Shown here piece after piece: positions 62,920 through 63,167 of a DNA stretch of 63,167 nucleotides. How positions within the stretch are numbered: the stretch's first letter is position 1; each line of letters begins with the position of its first letter. The position numbers and the translations under genes are program-made. Source of the stretch: Nemertoderma westbladi (lineage: Eukaryota > Animalia > Xenacoelomorpha); assembly GCA_032718475.1 (NCBI GenBank), contig JAUCBJ010004792.1, positions 1 through 63,167 of the forward strand. The letters run 5' to 3'. The notes beneath the pieces are model-generated. The model ran no database searches and was not told the origin of the DNA. It saw nothing but the letters and a program-made list of their open reading frames with translations.

Positions 62920-63167
62920 TTAATTTTGGACTGAACTTCCATTTAAATGGCATTATTTTTTTAATTGTTTTCAGTTTACTTGGGTAGTTTTCAAAATTAG
63001 CTTAATTATACAGTAGTTTAGGTTAGGCTAAATAGGCCTATTGCCATTTTACTTTGTAGTACCTATTTTTTAATTAATCATAACTTTGATACATAATACC
63101 AAATACAGAAATATACCTACTACCTCATACTGTCATAAATAGTACTACCTGTACTTTTAGTGAGGTT

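Overview
This is AT-rich eukaryotic (invertebrate-like animal) genomic DNA, dominated by transposable elements and tandem repeats. It contains one clear host gene, which the ORF track misses because it is spliced. That gene is on the + strand, has 10 exons (ATG 6581 to TGA 31341, 495 aa) and encodes a secreted protein: signal peptide, one CUB domain and eight ShKT (ShK-toxin-like) domains, with no enzyme domain. Its introns hold an ~8 kb 41-bp satellite, a hAT-type transposon and RTE-like LINE remnants. Upstream lie a decayed BEL/Pao gag and a decayed SAP + Ulp1 protease + CRE-type endonuclease cassette split by a tRNA-SINE. Downstream are four further regions: (1) three nested inverted-repeat elements, one with paired tRNA-like units and CTCF-like motifs; (2) 49-bp and 33-bp minisatellites; (3) a CRE-clade retrotransposon and a Gypsy element, both inside the 33-bp array, with an Academ transposon inside the Gypsy; (4) several MITEs, one with its empty site elsewhere in the window. 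All calls come from reading the sequence by eye; no searches were run, and element ends without a TSD are approximate.
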